The position numbers and the translations under genes were made by a program. The notes beneath the pieces are model-generated. The model was not told the DNA's origin. It saw nothing but the letters and a program-made list of their open reading frames with translations, and did not search any database. 64,000 nucleotides of DNA from Leucoraja erinacea (Eukaryota), in NCBI RefSeq assembly GCF_028641065.1, contig NC_073405.1:17794001-17858000 (forward strand), written 5' to 3'. This document shows, one piece after another, positions 26,961 to 38,644 of the stretch (position 1 is the stretch's first letter; every line of letters starts with the position of its first letter).

Positions 26961-27479
26961 CTTCAGATTTAAACCAGCATCTGCAGTTCTTTACTATACA
27001 AACAAATCATGATCTTTGCTATAGTATTGTAAATACGATGGATGCTGTTCACTGAAGGAAACGCTTCCCTCCGATACTATGTTGTGTAATGTAATGTAGT
27101 GAAATCCCAGCAAGCTCCCCTCTCCGTGTCTCTTCCCTTTCCATGTTCCTGGAGCCAGCAGCCTAGAGCAACGGATCCCCCTCCCCCCCGGCTCTGGATT
27201 GAAGCCGCTGAACAACATGCAGTCCTCTGCCTGCCTGCTCACTCCCATCCCCCCTCTCCTCCTCCCCCCCCCTCCTCCTCCCCCCCTCCTCCTACCCCTC
27301 TCCCCCCACCCCCCCACCTCCTCCCCCCCTATCTCCCCCCCCCCCTCTTCCCCCCTCTCCTGCCCTTTTCCCCTTTCCCCTCCCCCCCCCCTCTTCCCCC
27401 CCCCCTCCCTCCTCCCCCCCCCCCCCCTCCCCCCCCCCCCCCCCCCCTCTCCTTTCCCCCCCCCCCCCCCTCTTTCAAT

Positions 27480-27640
27480 AACCTGGGTTAAATCCCATCT
27501 GGACTTCGGGTACCCAACACTCTTCTTTTCGATATCAAAATGCTCAAGAGTATCAGCATGCCCCTCCCTGACCTGGCTGTCCTCCATGTTGTCCTTCTTG
27601 GTGAATACCGATGTGAAGTACTCATTTAGTACTTTGCCAC
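27480..27640 (-). mobile_element. CR1 LINE ORF2 fragment
   Basis: KVLNEYFTSVFTK motif on the minus strand. Confidence 0.7.
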
Positions 27641-27644
27641 TTCC

Positions 27645-27947
27645 TCTGGAGGAAAGATTAGGTGCTGAGAGCTCTCTTATACCTGCATACACACGTGAGC
27701 AATTACCAAGACCTGTGAAGCCATGTATCCCAATCATTATGGTGCCCTGAAATGGGGGGACTATGTATAAACACTGCTGTACTTTCTACATGGTGAAACC
27801 AAAATGTATAAAAATGGCCTTTGTTAAAATCTGACAATATGCACTTTAACCACATGTGGCTAATCCCATTACAAATCTCAAATTGTGGAGTACAGAGGCA
27901 AATAAATAAATGGTGGGTCTTTGTCCCAAACATTTTGGAGGGCACTG
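27645..27947 (-). mobile_element. Solo Tc1-like IR/DR terminal repeat
   Basis: Ends gtcccaaacattttggagggcactg|ta with an inner direct repeat at about 27725-27750; homologous to 46635-46949. Confidence 0.85.
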
Positions 27948-28411
27948 TAATTGTGCCGCCAAATAATTTTGAATGTTTGTGTGTACGAAGGGTTTGATTT
28001 GCTTGTCTGGTAATTTCCAAACCCTGTTCTTGGTAATTGAATATATGGCACACAATGCACTTCATAAACTAAAGAATGATCTTACAGGCGCCTAAGCAGA
28101 ACATACACGATGGAGTTATACAGACTGAGATCATACAGCATAAATATTTCAGAGAGTCTGGAGCAAATAAAATGAGGTCCATTTGATGTGTGTTCTTTGT
28201 TATTTGATTTGGCCTCTAACAGAAGTTGAGAGTGATTGAAAAACATGTTGGAGGTTTTGGAGGTTCCCTTTCTAGTATGCGAATAAGTCATGGGGTTTGC
28301 AGCTCTCTTTACGGGATTTTATTTTGTGCATTTTTTATTTCCTTCTACAAACAATTGAAAGCTCTAAACAGCTATTGAGTTTTCCACCTGACATTGTTCA
28401 ACGTTGCCTCA

Positions 28412-28719
28412 AGGGCCTCTCCCACTATACGAGTTTACCCATGAGCTCTCCCAAGTTTAAAAAAAAAATCAAACTCGTGATAAGTACGTAGAATGTCCGT
28501 AGTGGGTACGCCGGAGCTCGGGACGTCGCTTAGCGGCTCGTAACGCTAACGGCAGGTACTCTGGGAACGCAGTAAGCTCGTGAAGTTTTTTCAACATGTT
28601 GAAAAATGTCCACGAGAGCCCCGAGTACCTACGAGCGGCTATTACCGTAATTCTCCGAGTTCGAATCGGGGGAAACTCGGGAGAACTCTTGAATTACCTC
28701 GTACAGTGGGACAGGCCCT
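28412..28719. mobile_element. PIF/Harbinger-type MITE, copy 1
   Basis: TIR AGGGCCTcTCCCACTaTACGAG / CTCGTACAGTGGGACAGGCCCT; 3-bp TSD TCA on both sides. Confidence 0.88.
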
Positions 28720-30014
28720 TCACTCTCCTATTCTGATAAGACTTAGGTTTGCACAGATGTCGGTAACTATTTTAGCATAGTACTTTGGCCACATACATTT
28801 GATGTGGAATTCGAAGGCACGTAGCTGCAATTAATCAGTATCACCTCACTGATCCTGCATAACTTGATATAAATTTAAAGGAGGGTTGCCTTCTTGAATG
28901 GTTACAGTCCTTCCGGTGAATGTACTCTTACAGTTCTGTGAGCAGGGAGTTCCAGGATTTAGCTCCCATTTTGGTTTTAATAATTCTGGTGATTTATTTG
29001 ATTTGCGTGGATATATTGCGAAGTTTGAAAGTTTTGTACAAGTTGCAGAGAAATTTGCACCCATCTGAGGTTTTCTTTTTGAATTGATCCACAGCAAATA
29101 ATTGCTGATGCTGAAATAAAAACAGAAAAAGATGGCAACACTTTACATGTCAAGCAGCATCTGTGAAGACACAGAGTTAATGTTATCTTTATTTCTGTCT
29201 CCACGATGATGCCTGAGCTGCTGAGTATCTCCAGTGTTTCCTGTGGTTGTTCCTTTTACACAATGCGCTAGAGAAATATGACTTGTCGTGAGCTCGGGTG
29301 AAGGAAGAATGGGAAATACCTGCTGAGGCTGGGAAATACCTTACTAATCGGCAAAATATGCAGTTTATAAAACCAGCGATTGGAGTTTTGTCCAGCTGTG
29401 ACATTTACACCCTACAAAGTTAATTTGAATAAATTCCCAGGAATTAATCTACTGCCTACTCCTCTAACATCTTGTCTAAGCACATTTATTATCTCTCTTT
29501 CTTTATTGGGGAGGGGCGGCTCGTGAATATGTTATTGGGCTTGGTATCTGGAGGCCTGGATTAAGAGTCTCCAGTGAGCCACTGAATTTAAATTCATGTA
29601 ATTAAATAAAACTGAAATATTGTTCACGGTGACCTTGAAGCTAACTGTTCAGTTCTAATTATCTACTTCATTAATCCCCTTTAAAGGCATTTGTTGTACA
29701 AACCCTTCATCACTGCGCACAACAAAGGGCAGAATCTGTCCTTTACTCTCTCCCTCCCCCATTTCCACCGGCTTCTGTTACCTACAACAATACATTCAGT
29801 CATGGGTATGTGCTGCAATAGAGGATTATCCCACAAATTTAGCCAAGCAATGGCCTATTACAGTCTAGTTTCGTTTAGTGTGGAGATACAGCGTGGAAAC
29901 AGGCCCCACAGCCTACTGAATCCGTACCAACATGCAATGCCATTGCATTAACACTATCCTACACACACTGGGGACAATTGACATTTCTTCCAAGCCAATT
30001 AATATACAAACCTA

Positions 30015-30340
30015 TTTACGAAGCGATTTACAATATACATTAAAGATTTAGATGAAGGAATTAAAAGTAACATTAGCAAATTTGCAGATGACACAAAGCT
30101 GGGTGGCAGTGTGAACTGTGAAGAGGATGCTATGAGGATGCAGGGTGACTTGGACGGGTTGGGTGAGTGAGCTGATGTATGGCAGATGCAGTATAATGTG
30201 GATAAATGTGAGGTTATCCATTTTGGTGGCCAGAATGGGAAGGCAGATTATTATCTGAATGGTGTCAGATTAGGAAAAGGGGAAGTGCAACAAAACCTGG
30301 GTGTCCTAGTACATCAGTCACTGAAAGTAAGCATGTAGGT
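30015..30340 (+). mobile_element. CR1 LINE reverse-transcriptase fragment
   Basis: FTIYIKDLDEGIKSNISKFADDTKLGG...QGDLD..W QMQYNVDKCEVIHFG, with a stop. Confidence 0.9.
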
Positions 30341-31399
30341 ACCCTTCTCCCTTCCCCTCTTCCCCCTCCTTCCCTTCCCCCCTCTTCCTCTCTTCTCCCC
30401 GCTCCGCTCTCCTTCCCTTCTCCACTCTCCCCCCCAACTCCCCTCACATCCCCTTCTCCTCCTCTCACTCCCTTCTCCCCCCCCCCATTTTCCCCGACGA
30501 CCCCATTTGTGGACCCAGCCTGTGACCAGCGATCCCCCGCACACTATCCCACACACGCTAGGGACAATTTATACAAACCTTTGGAGTGCGGGAGGTAACC
30601 CTCACCCTAACTCTAGGTTGATAGGCTTGGCATTTATAAATGTTCCTTGCATGTGTGGGATAGTGTGCGGGTCGGCGTGGAATCGGTGGGCCTAAGGGCA
30701 CTGTATCTCTTAGCTAAATGTGATACAGAGGCCCCAGGGGTTGGACTCGAACCCCAATATTCTGCACTAAACTGTTTGTCACAAGTTGTCCCAGAGGCAG
30801 ATCTCTCTTCCGATGGTCTCTCCAAACCCCCAGAGGCAGCGGGCTTTTCAACTGCATACAGGCAATGTTCTCAATGTACCAGTGCCACCCACCTGCTCCG
30901 GCCACTGAGTCTAAATACCCACCACCCATTTTGAAGCAAGGCGAGGGGGCAGGGGGGAATATTGTTCCCAAAGCCTGTATTTATCCCTTAGTCAATGTTA
31001 TTAAAGCAGATGATATGGAGTAGACTTTGTGCAGCACTATTAGTGGGATCTAGCTGTCACAGGCTGGGTCCACAAATGGGAGGCGTTGGGGAAAGTGGGG
31101 GGGGGGGGGGGGGGTTGGAAAATGGGAGAAGCGAGGGAGAGGGGGGAAGGGAAGAAGGTGGGGGGGGGGAGAAGGAGGGATGGGGTGGGAGGGGGTAAGA
31201 GGGGGGTAGAAGGGGAGAGAGAGAGGAGTTCAGTCTACACTCACTGAATCCATCCCTGTGAAAAGATAGAGACAGTGATTTAGATCTGGAAGCGGACCAA
31301 TACAAAATAAAACTGAACGGTTCAGACATGTTTTCATTTGCACGATTGTTTTTATTGTATTAATTTTAATATATTAATGTTTAAAATCCATGCATCGAA

Positions 31400-31641
31400 G
31401 GAAGAATATTTTATAGCCAATCTGTGGACCCTAACCGGCCTTAGGACAGCATACGTCAGAGTGTGACAGGGCGCACGATATGATGAGACACCCAAATGTC
31501 GCCCCTGGATTTTGAACATTCCAAAATCCTGGGGCAACTGGGAGACACCGCGCGTCACTACATGCGTCACGACCCAACCACGACGCGGCAACCTCTTTTC
31601 AAGCTGTCGCCGAAAATGTCGCCCAATTGGGAAAAGGCCCT
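31400..31641. mobile_element. Harbinger-type right end, related to the 28412/52451 TIR
   Basis: cccaattgggaaaaggccct|taa terminus; repeated aaatgtcgcc subterminal motif; left end not found. Confidence 0.55.
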
Positions 31642-31959
31642 TAAATCTCTCGCCCCACGGGAGGGGGAGAGAAACTGCAAAGCCACCTGCCTGCATTTGG
31701 TCCATATCCCTCCAAACCTGATCTATCCATGTACCTGTCTCTGACCCTGTCTTTCTATCCGTCTCTGTCTCTGCATCCATCTCTGTCTCTCTCTGTCTCT
31801 GCTCTTTTTATCTCTCACTGTCTCTGTGACTCTGTCTCTCGCTTACCAGTTCTCCCCCACTGTTTCATCAGAAACCCACCCCGAAATTTGGGCATTGTAG
31901 CTCCCCCTAATGCTCCAGTGTAGTGCCAAGTAGCCATGTTGCTGAAAGGGTTGTTGTGA

Positions 31960-32340
31960 TACAGCATGGTGTTCCTGAAGTCCCACACCAGAAGGGCTAC
32001 CTAACATCTGCTCTCTCTTTGACCGCGTCCTTACCATAACGGCAATTCAGCTGAGGATGAGTGAGGCTTCAGCCGGCTGAAGCAGCTGAAGATCACCATC
32101 AGAAGTTCCCTCCAGGACAACCAGGTGACGGACCAGCTCCTCATCATACTGCAGGCCAGTAACATCAAGGACCTTGATCCCCGGCCAGCCATCAGCTTGT
32201 GGCATGCAGGAGGGATGAGGGCAAGGAGGCCTGACACGGGAGAAGACCCAGCTGCAGCATCTGCCTCGGGACCTCACCCTGACAGTGACAAGTCTGATGA
32301 GGAGGATGCTCTGCTCGAGAGTGACTCAGATGACAATTAA
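31960..32340 (+). pseudogene. hAT transposase C-terminal dimerisation-domain remnant (ZNF862-like group)
   Basis: From 32041: GNSAEDE*GFSRLKQLKITIRSSLQDNQVTDQLLIILQASNIKDLDPRPAISLW. This fits the S-x-x-x-E-R-x-F-S hATC motif with CGA changed to TGA. Confidence 0.75.
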
Positions 32341-33024
32341 AGTGACTTTACATGTAGTTGAACAGCTCTATCTTTACTTTGCTTTTCAGGAGATGGCTTA
32401 AATATCAAGCAGAAAGGTTACACAAGTTCTCACAAACTTGGGCAATCTCATTTGCCAAGTTCCATGATTGATTCAATATAGTCACCTACTTCCATGATTC
32501 ATCTTCTTAGTGGGTACAGAGTAAAATAGGTACTATGTACATTCAAATGTATGGTATAGGACTGGTCAAGTAATAATAATAATGATAATACTGTAACAAG
32601 TATTTTACAAGAAAAAGAAAATCAAAGTACACTTCCATTCTCTTTATTTCTTTTAAATTACAACATCCTAGAGTAGAAGGGATATTTTATGTATCTATTT
32701 TTCCCCTCTTGATGTTGTTACTGTGTCTACCTTCAAAGGTGTTAAACAGATTGATTCAATTCTTTATCAACTCACCTTGCTGTGACTGGGCAGAACAGAG
32801 ATTGATGATTGAAGATTCAAAAGGAAAAGACCCATGCTATGGCCGTCATGATAATTTTCGGTCCTTCACAGAAAACATGCTTGCATCAATCTGTAGTGTG
32901 CATGGTTAAGCATATATGTTACCATGGTCCAGGATTTATTGACACAGGTTGATCATACGCTGAATAATCCAACCACATTTTTGTTTGGAAGTGGAAAGAA
33001 ATAATAGAAACTGCATTCATTGCA

Positions 33025-33320
33025 ACATGTAAAAAGAGTTGAGATACTGTATTATAATTTTGCTGCATGTCATTGTGGTATATATCATGTCTTGATTGGT
33101 GAATATGTTTAGTCTGTGACTTTATTTGAAGCAGAAATAATGTGTGAATGCTTCATTGAGCATAATTCCAACTGGTAACTACGCACTTCGTCCGAGCACA
33201 TTATTGCACGCGTCATGCAAGCCGTCTTAAATGACCACCTAAACTGTCATTTGGCAGCCTAAAAAGCTGCCTAGGTTGCCCGGCTGGCAACAGTGCAAAA
33301 AATGTTAAGTGAGAGCCCTG
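33025..33320. mobile_element. hAT-type right end
   Basis: Terminates gttaagtgagagccctg (reverse complement CAGGGCTCTC...); ggcagcctaaaaagctgcc subterminal hairpin. Confidence 0.6.
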
Positions 33321-33914
33321 GTTATGGTTGTAAATTGCCGTTCCTGACTTGTGGCTACAAGGGGGAGAACCGGTTTGACACTGAGTCTAGTACCTTAATG
33401 CAAATGGGATTATGTCCAAAACAGATCATAAGTTCAGACCTGAACATTACCAAGTTATTTGACTGTCGATCATCAAGATTGAAATGTTTTTCCCACTATA
33501 ACCACTTATTTGACATCCATCACTCTATTAATATAAGCAGACCTCACATTACAATGTTCCATCACTGTGAAAATGGGGTATGGGAGAGGATCACAGACAC
33601 AGCTGTGATGGGAGAGCGAGCAGGTGCAGGAAGAGTGGTCGCAAGCTGGCCTCGCTGACCTAGGGAGTGAGCAAATGAGGCCGCTCAGTGCGTTCAGCTT
33701 TGCTTGGTTTGACCCAGTCTCCAGTTGTTCAGGCTCAGAAAAGAGGTGGAAAAAGGGAAGAAAATATGCCTACAGCCCCACAGTAGCCAAAAAATCCACC
33801 TTGTCATATTCCCAAAACTGTTCATATGTTCTGGGTGTATATAAATTGGACATTTATAACCCTGGGACCAAGCTTGTCAATGAGCCTGCCAGAACAATAC
33901 TTATAAAATGAGGT

Positions 33915-34120
33915 AGAAACAAGGAACTGCAGATGCTGGTTCATATCAAAAATAGACACAAAGTGCTGGGGTAACTCAGCAAGCAGGCAGCATCGTTGGA
34001 GAAAAAGGATGGGTGATGTTTCAGGCCAGGACCCGTCTTCAGACCCGAAATGTAACCCATCCTTTTATCCAAAGATGCTGCCTGACGTGCTGAGTTACTC
34101 CAGCACTTTGTGTCTATCTT
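33915..34120. mobile_element. Palindromic pair of Penelope pLTR ends
   Basis: gacacaaagtgctggggtaactcagc...ggcagcatc and gatgctgcc...gctgagttactccagcactttgtgtc arms around a hammerhead-core remnant. Confidence 0.8.
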
Positions 34121-35400
34121 TGTGTCTATAAGGTATCAGCCTAGAGAAATTATGGCTCTGTATGCTAAAAGTGGAAGCAACATGCAGCACGACAGCACCA
34201 AGCAATGAGTGCATCTCAGCAATTGAAACATGACAACCGTCTCATAAACCAATAGATCAGAACAGAACAGTTTAATCCTGCCACATCCACATCCACTGGT
34301 TGTGGAAAGCTAAACAAGAAGGCTTTAAGCGATCACCGTTCTGAATGCACAGTTGCAGATACAAGCTGAAGCATTTGAAACTAACATTCGGGTACTATTG
34401 ATCAGAAAATTAATTAGACAAGATGCATAAAGTTGTCAAGAAGAGCTGTTCAGAGGCCGAATGTTTTGTGACAAAAGCCTTTCCAAGATCAACAAAGCAC
34501 AAGATTGTGATGGAATTCCTTTCACTTGCCTGATGAGTGCAGCTCAAATAAAGTTCAAGAAACTCATCGTCCATGTCAAAATAATCTTTTGACTGGCATC
34601 CTATTGATTTCCTTGACTAACAGCACATTGTTAATGTTGTAAATATTATCTAACTGTCACCGAGACTATCCTGTAACACTAGTAACAGCACGAGGGCTAC
34701 ATATCTTAACCACATGAATTGAATTGGCTTCTCTCCATATTCTCAAGGGCAATAAGAGATGGACAATAAACATCTATAGTATTTGAATGAAATTCTGAAA
34801 ATCGCCAGAAATCCAATTGCAGTCAAATGTTGCTGTGACAACACGGGTGTTTCTAGATGACAAATGTTTATTTTACAAGGTATGTTGCGATATATTGGAC
34901 ATGCAGATGCAGTAACTATACAGCCAGACAAAGAACTGAAATAGGTAACAAGTAGGAAGCAGTGCTTTTATCTGGACATCGAGGGGCTGGTACATGAGTA
35001 TCTTCAATTGTGCTGTCCTTTTTCCTGCTCCTGAGATTTTTCTCTTGGATCAGTCTTCAGCACCATTATAGTTGTGCGCTATCTCCATTTGTTTTCACCA
35101 TGACTGTGCTTGGGATTCCTTATTTGATGTCCAAACCCTGGCTGATTTCCAGGTGAATTGTGACTGTCTTAAAATTCTTTTTAGTGTTTTATATGCAGCT
35201 GCATAGAAATTTCCCAACACGTTCTACATTTTATATAATGTATTAGACATAATTAAAATTTACATGATTAATAAAGGCTTTTTATAAGCAATTGGGTATA
35301 TTTTTGTACACTGAAAGACATATTAATGACTAGCATATGCTTTGTATACTTAATCTGTTTGTCTATCTCCTCTTCTCTTCCCAACCTCTCATGTTTACAG

Positions 35401-35597
35401 TGCAGCTGCAGGAAGGACATGGTAAAGATATCAATGGATGTATTTGTGCAGTTCCTTCAGCCTGATCGCTATGAACTGTGGAAAAATGGTAAAGACAATG
35501 TCAGTATTGATCACAACAAGCCAACTGCCCTGTCAAGCCCTCAGATGGATGACTGGCTGGAGCGAAAGGCTTCATTAAAAGCCAAATGTATTCGAAG
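35401..35597 (+). CDS. KDM4B: KDM4B coding exon (just C-terminal of JmjC: [16 protein letters not shown]...KAKCIR)
   Basis: Pyrimidine tract and tttacag acceptor, AG|gtaaaa donor, 197 nt, phase 0 to 2. The peptide closely matches KDM4[33 protein letters not shown]...PTALTSP...RASLKAK, including the KDM4B-type tail. Confidence 0.96.
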
Positions 35598-35884
35598 GTA
35601 AAACTGTCCCTTCATCTTCTCGAAATTTAATCTGGGGAAATCAGTAACTTTTCAGTGTTTACTGAAAGCGGATTTACAGTAGAATTAACTTAAACTCTTT
35701 CATCTGCATCGCCCTGTTCTCAAGTATACTGGAAGCAGGTGGCTGTTCTTTATTCCCATAATACTTGGCCATCTTTATAGTTGCTGTCAAGATGAATTAA
35801 TATCTGTTTTATCTGGAAGAATTTGGTAACATTTAGGCACTTTGGAACTTGACCTCCAAATTTAGAAGATCTGATCCTATTGAG

Positions 35885-36925
35885 TAGGTATGTTACAAAA
35901 CCTACCTGAATCGTGGCTGAGCATCTGCCCCACCCCTTGTGTGTGATTTTGGCGCTGTTAAGAGGGGGCGGGTTTAAAACGTGATTTTTACTAGGCTGTT
36001 GCAATCGAAAATGTTCAGCCTAGTAAATCATTAACGGAAAATCGCTGAAAGACCCCGTCGCAAAAGGTATTATTAGTTTTTATGGCCTTGTAAAATAGTT
36101 AGAGTAATTTAAAAATCACTCTCTCACTCCGCAACCTCTCGCAGCCCCAGGGTTTTATAAAGCAAACAATTAAAGGTATGTACCTTATTTTTACATTAAA
36201 TGGGGCATGTATATAACCCTGTAATTAAAGTTTTCTATAGCGAGTAGTTCATTTTGGGCTCTTTATATCCCGCAGTATTTTTCTGGGCATTTGAGGGCAT
36301 AAATCTAGCGCAATGTGAACGTTCTAAACCAGCGCGTTCCACATGAACCCACTAGAAAGCCGATTTAAATTGACTTTAATTTACAGCAATTGAACACTAA
36401 ATTCCTTCCATTTGACCTATAAATTGATGTAAATGAGATTTAAAAATCATGTTTTATTGTGAATTATTTGTGAATATTATTTGGACACTTGGGCTATTTA
36501 AAAATGTTAATCATTTATTAAGAAATGGATAGATGTTTAGATCTAGTAAATTGAAGTTTGAAATTAGCTACAATTGGGTAACTAACTAATTATATGCTTT
36601 AATTTCAGGTCATCCAAGTTAGATTATTTTATATTTGTTTCAGAATGGTTCAATTTATGATAACTGAAAATTTCATTCAGTTCTCTTAATTTTTAAGAAG
36701 GTTATGTGCTTTTGACTGTCCACGATCACAGCTTTTTTGTTATGTCCATAGAAAATCAATAGGGAACAAGATGCTAATTTCCGAGTATGAAAATGGCCAT
36801 AACTTTTTTATTACTTGAGATATGAAAGTGAATTATGTGTCAAATTAAACTTATTGTTATGCTTTACCTGATGGGATAAATTGCAGACTTGATTTTTTAA
36901 ATCTCAAAATTTTGTAACATTGCTA
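35885..36925. mobile_element. Complete non-autonomous DNA transposon, TAG...CTA termini, 7-bp TSD
   Basis: TIR TAGGTATGTTACAAAA versus TAGCAATGTTACAAAA (14/16); TATTGAG lies immediately outside both ends. Confidence 0.85.
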
Positions 36926-37654
36926 TATTGAGCATAACTTGCCTTTTGCAAATTAGAAGAGTGGAATAAATGTGTTTTATTTCAAAATGTGACTAAAAGA
37001 GGTATGATGAAGTGTCATGAACCTGAAACATCACCTATCCATGTTCTCCAGAGATGTTGCCTGGCCCGCTGAATTACTCCAGCACTTTGTGTCCTTTTTA
37101 TGTAAACCAGCATTTGCAGTTCCTTGGTTCTACAGGGGTAAGCTTGCTCTAACCTGCTCTATCAGTTCAAATACTGGCAGGTACACACAAGTAACCTATA
37201 TCATCCTGTGTGGGTTTTATTTTGTTCTTTTATTCCTTTGTCTTTGAGGAAAATCACTTGCCATCTGTGTAGGGCTTCCAGCCTGACAAAATGACTGGGA
37301 TCCTGCATTCATGTTGGGAATTGTAAGCACTGGCTGCATTCTACCCAGTCTATGGCACTGTGTCTGAGGTCATGCAAATACCGTTAATTAAAAAATGGTT
37401 TATTGTTCTTGACATAATGAGTTTAGCTCCAGCGTCCAAGATTCATGATCTGTCCTCATCTCCCAGTAGCTTAAAGCAGCTCAAATTAAACTTACATTTG
37501 CCATATTATTAATCAAGTAAGATAACTTTGAATTTAAAAATTACTTTCCCCCTGACCAAAAATGAAAATCTTACCATTGTGAAATATGGAAAAGTGTACT
37601 ATAGTGTTGGAATAACCATATAAGCTATGCTAAGTAGAAAAATGCCCTTGTAAA

Positions 37655-38644
37655 TGTCCTCCGTCTACGCCACATCTGCGTCCAGGATGAGGTGTTCCAT
37701 ACTAGGGCATCGGAGATGTCCTCCTTCTTTAGGGAACACGGGTTCCACTCTTCCATTACGGATGAGGCTCTCACCAGGGTCTCCTCTATATCCCGCAGTT
37801 CCGCTCTTACTCCCCCTCCCCCTATTCGTAACAAGGACAGAGTCCCCCTTCTCCTCACCTTCCACCTCATCAGCCGTTGCATACAACATATAATCCTCCG
37901 ACATTTTTGCCACCTCCAACTGGATCCCACTACTGGCAACATCTTCCCATCTCCTCCCCTTTCTGCTTTCCGCAGAGACCGTTTCCACCCTGGTCAATTC
38001 GTCCCTTCCCACCCAAACCACCCCCTCCCCGGGTACTTTCCCCTGCTTTACCTCCCCCCTCGACTCCATCTAAGGACCAAATCAGTCTTTCCAGGTGAGG
38101 CAGAGGTTCACCAACACCTCCTCCAACCTCATCTACTGCATCCGCTATTCCAGGTGTCAACTTCTCTACATCGGCGAGACCAAGCGCAGGCTCGGCGATC
38201 GCTTCGCTGAAATCCTCCGCTCAGTCCGTCTTAACTAACCTGATCGACCGGTTGCTCAGCACTTCAACTCTCCCTCCCATTCCCACTCTTACCTTTCTGT
38301 CCTGGGCCTCCTCCATTGCCAGAGTGAGGCCCAGAGCAAATAGGAGGAACAGCACCTCATATTTTGCTTGAGTAGTTTACATTGACTTCTCTAATTTCAG
38401 ATAGCCCCTGCTTTCTCCCACCTTCCCCTCCCCCCTCCCCCTTTCCAGTTCTCCCACATCCTACTGTCCCTGCCTACCTCCTTTCTTTTTCCCGCCCTCC
38501 CCCGATATCAGTCTGAAGAAGGGTCTTGACCCGAAACTTTGCCAATTCCTTCTCTCCATAGATGCTGCCTTACCCGCTGAATTTCTCCAGCATTTTTTTG
38601 TCTACCTTCGATTTTTCCAGCATCTGCAGTTCTTTCTTAAACAC
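37655..38644 (+). mobile_element. Penelope-like retroelement, 5'-truncated (RT C-terminal region, GIY-YIG endonuclease, pLTR)
   Basis: RQRFTNTSSNLIYCIRYSRCQLLYIGETKRRLGDRFAE (GIY-YIG) at about 38090-38235; NKDRVPLLLTFH linker; terminal pLTR. Confidence 0.92.

Noticed and set aside
1-35400. Expected preceding KDM4B JmjC exon (…GFNHGFNCAESTNFA…)
   Set aside because: Not found by eye in the sequence or ORF track; presumed to lie upstream of the window, though I could have missed it.
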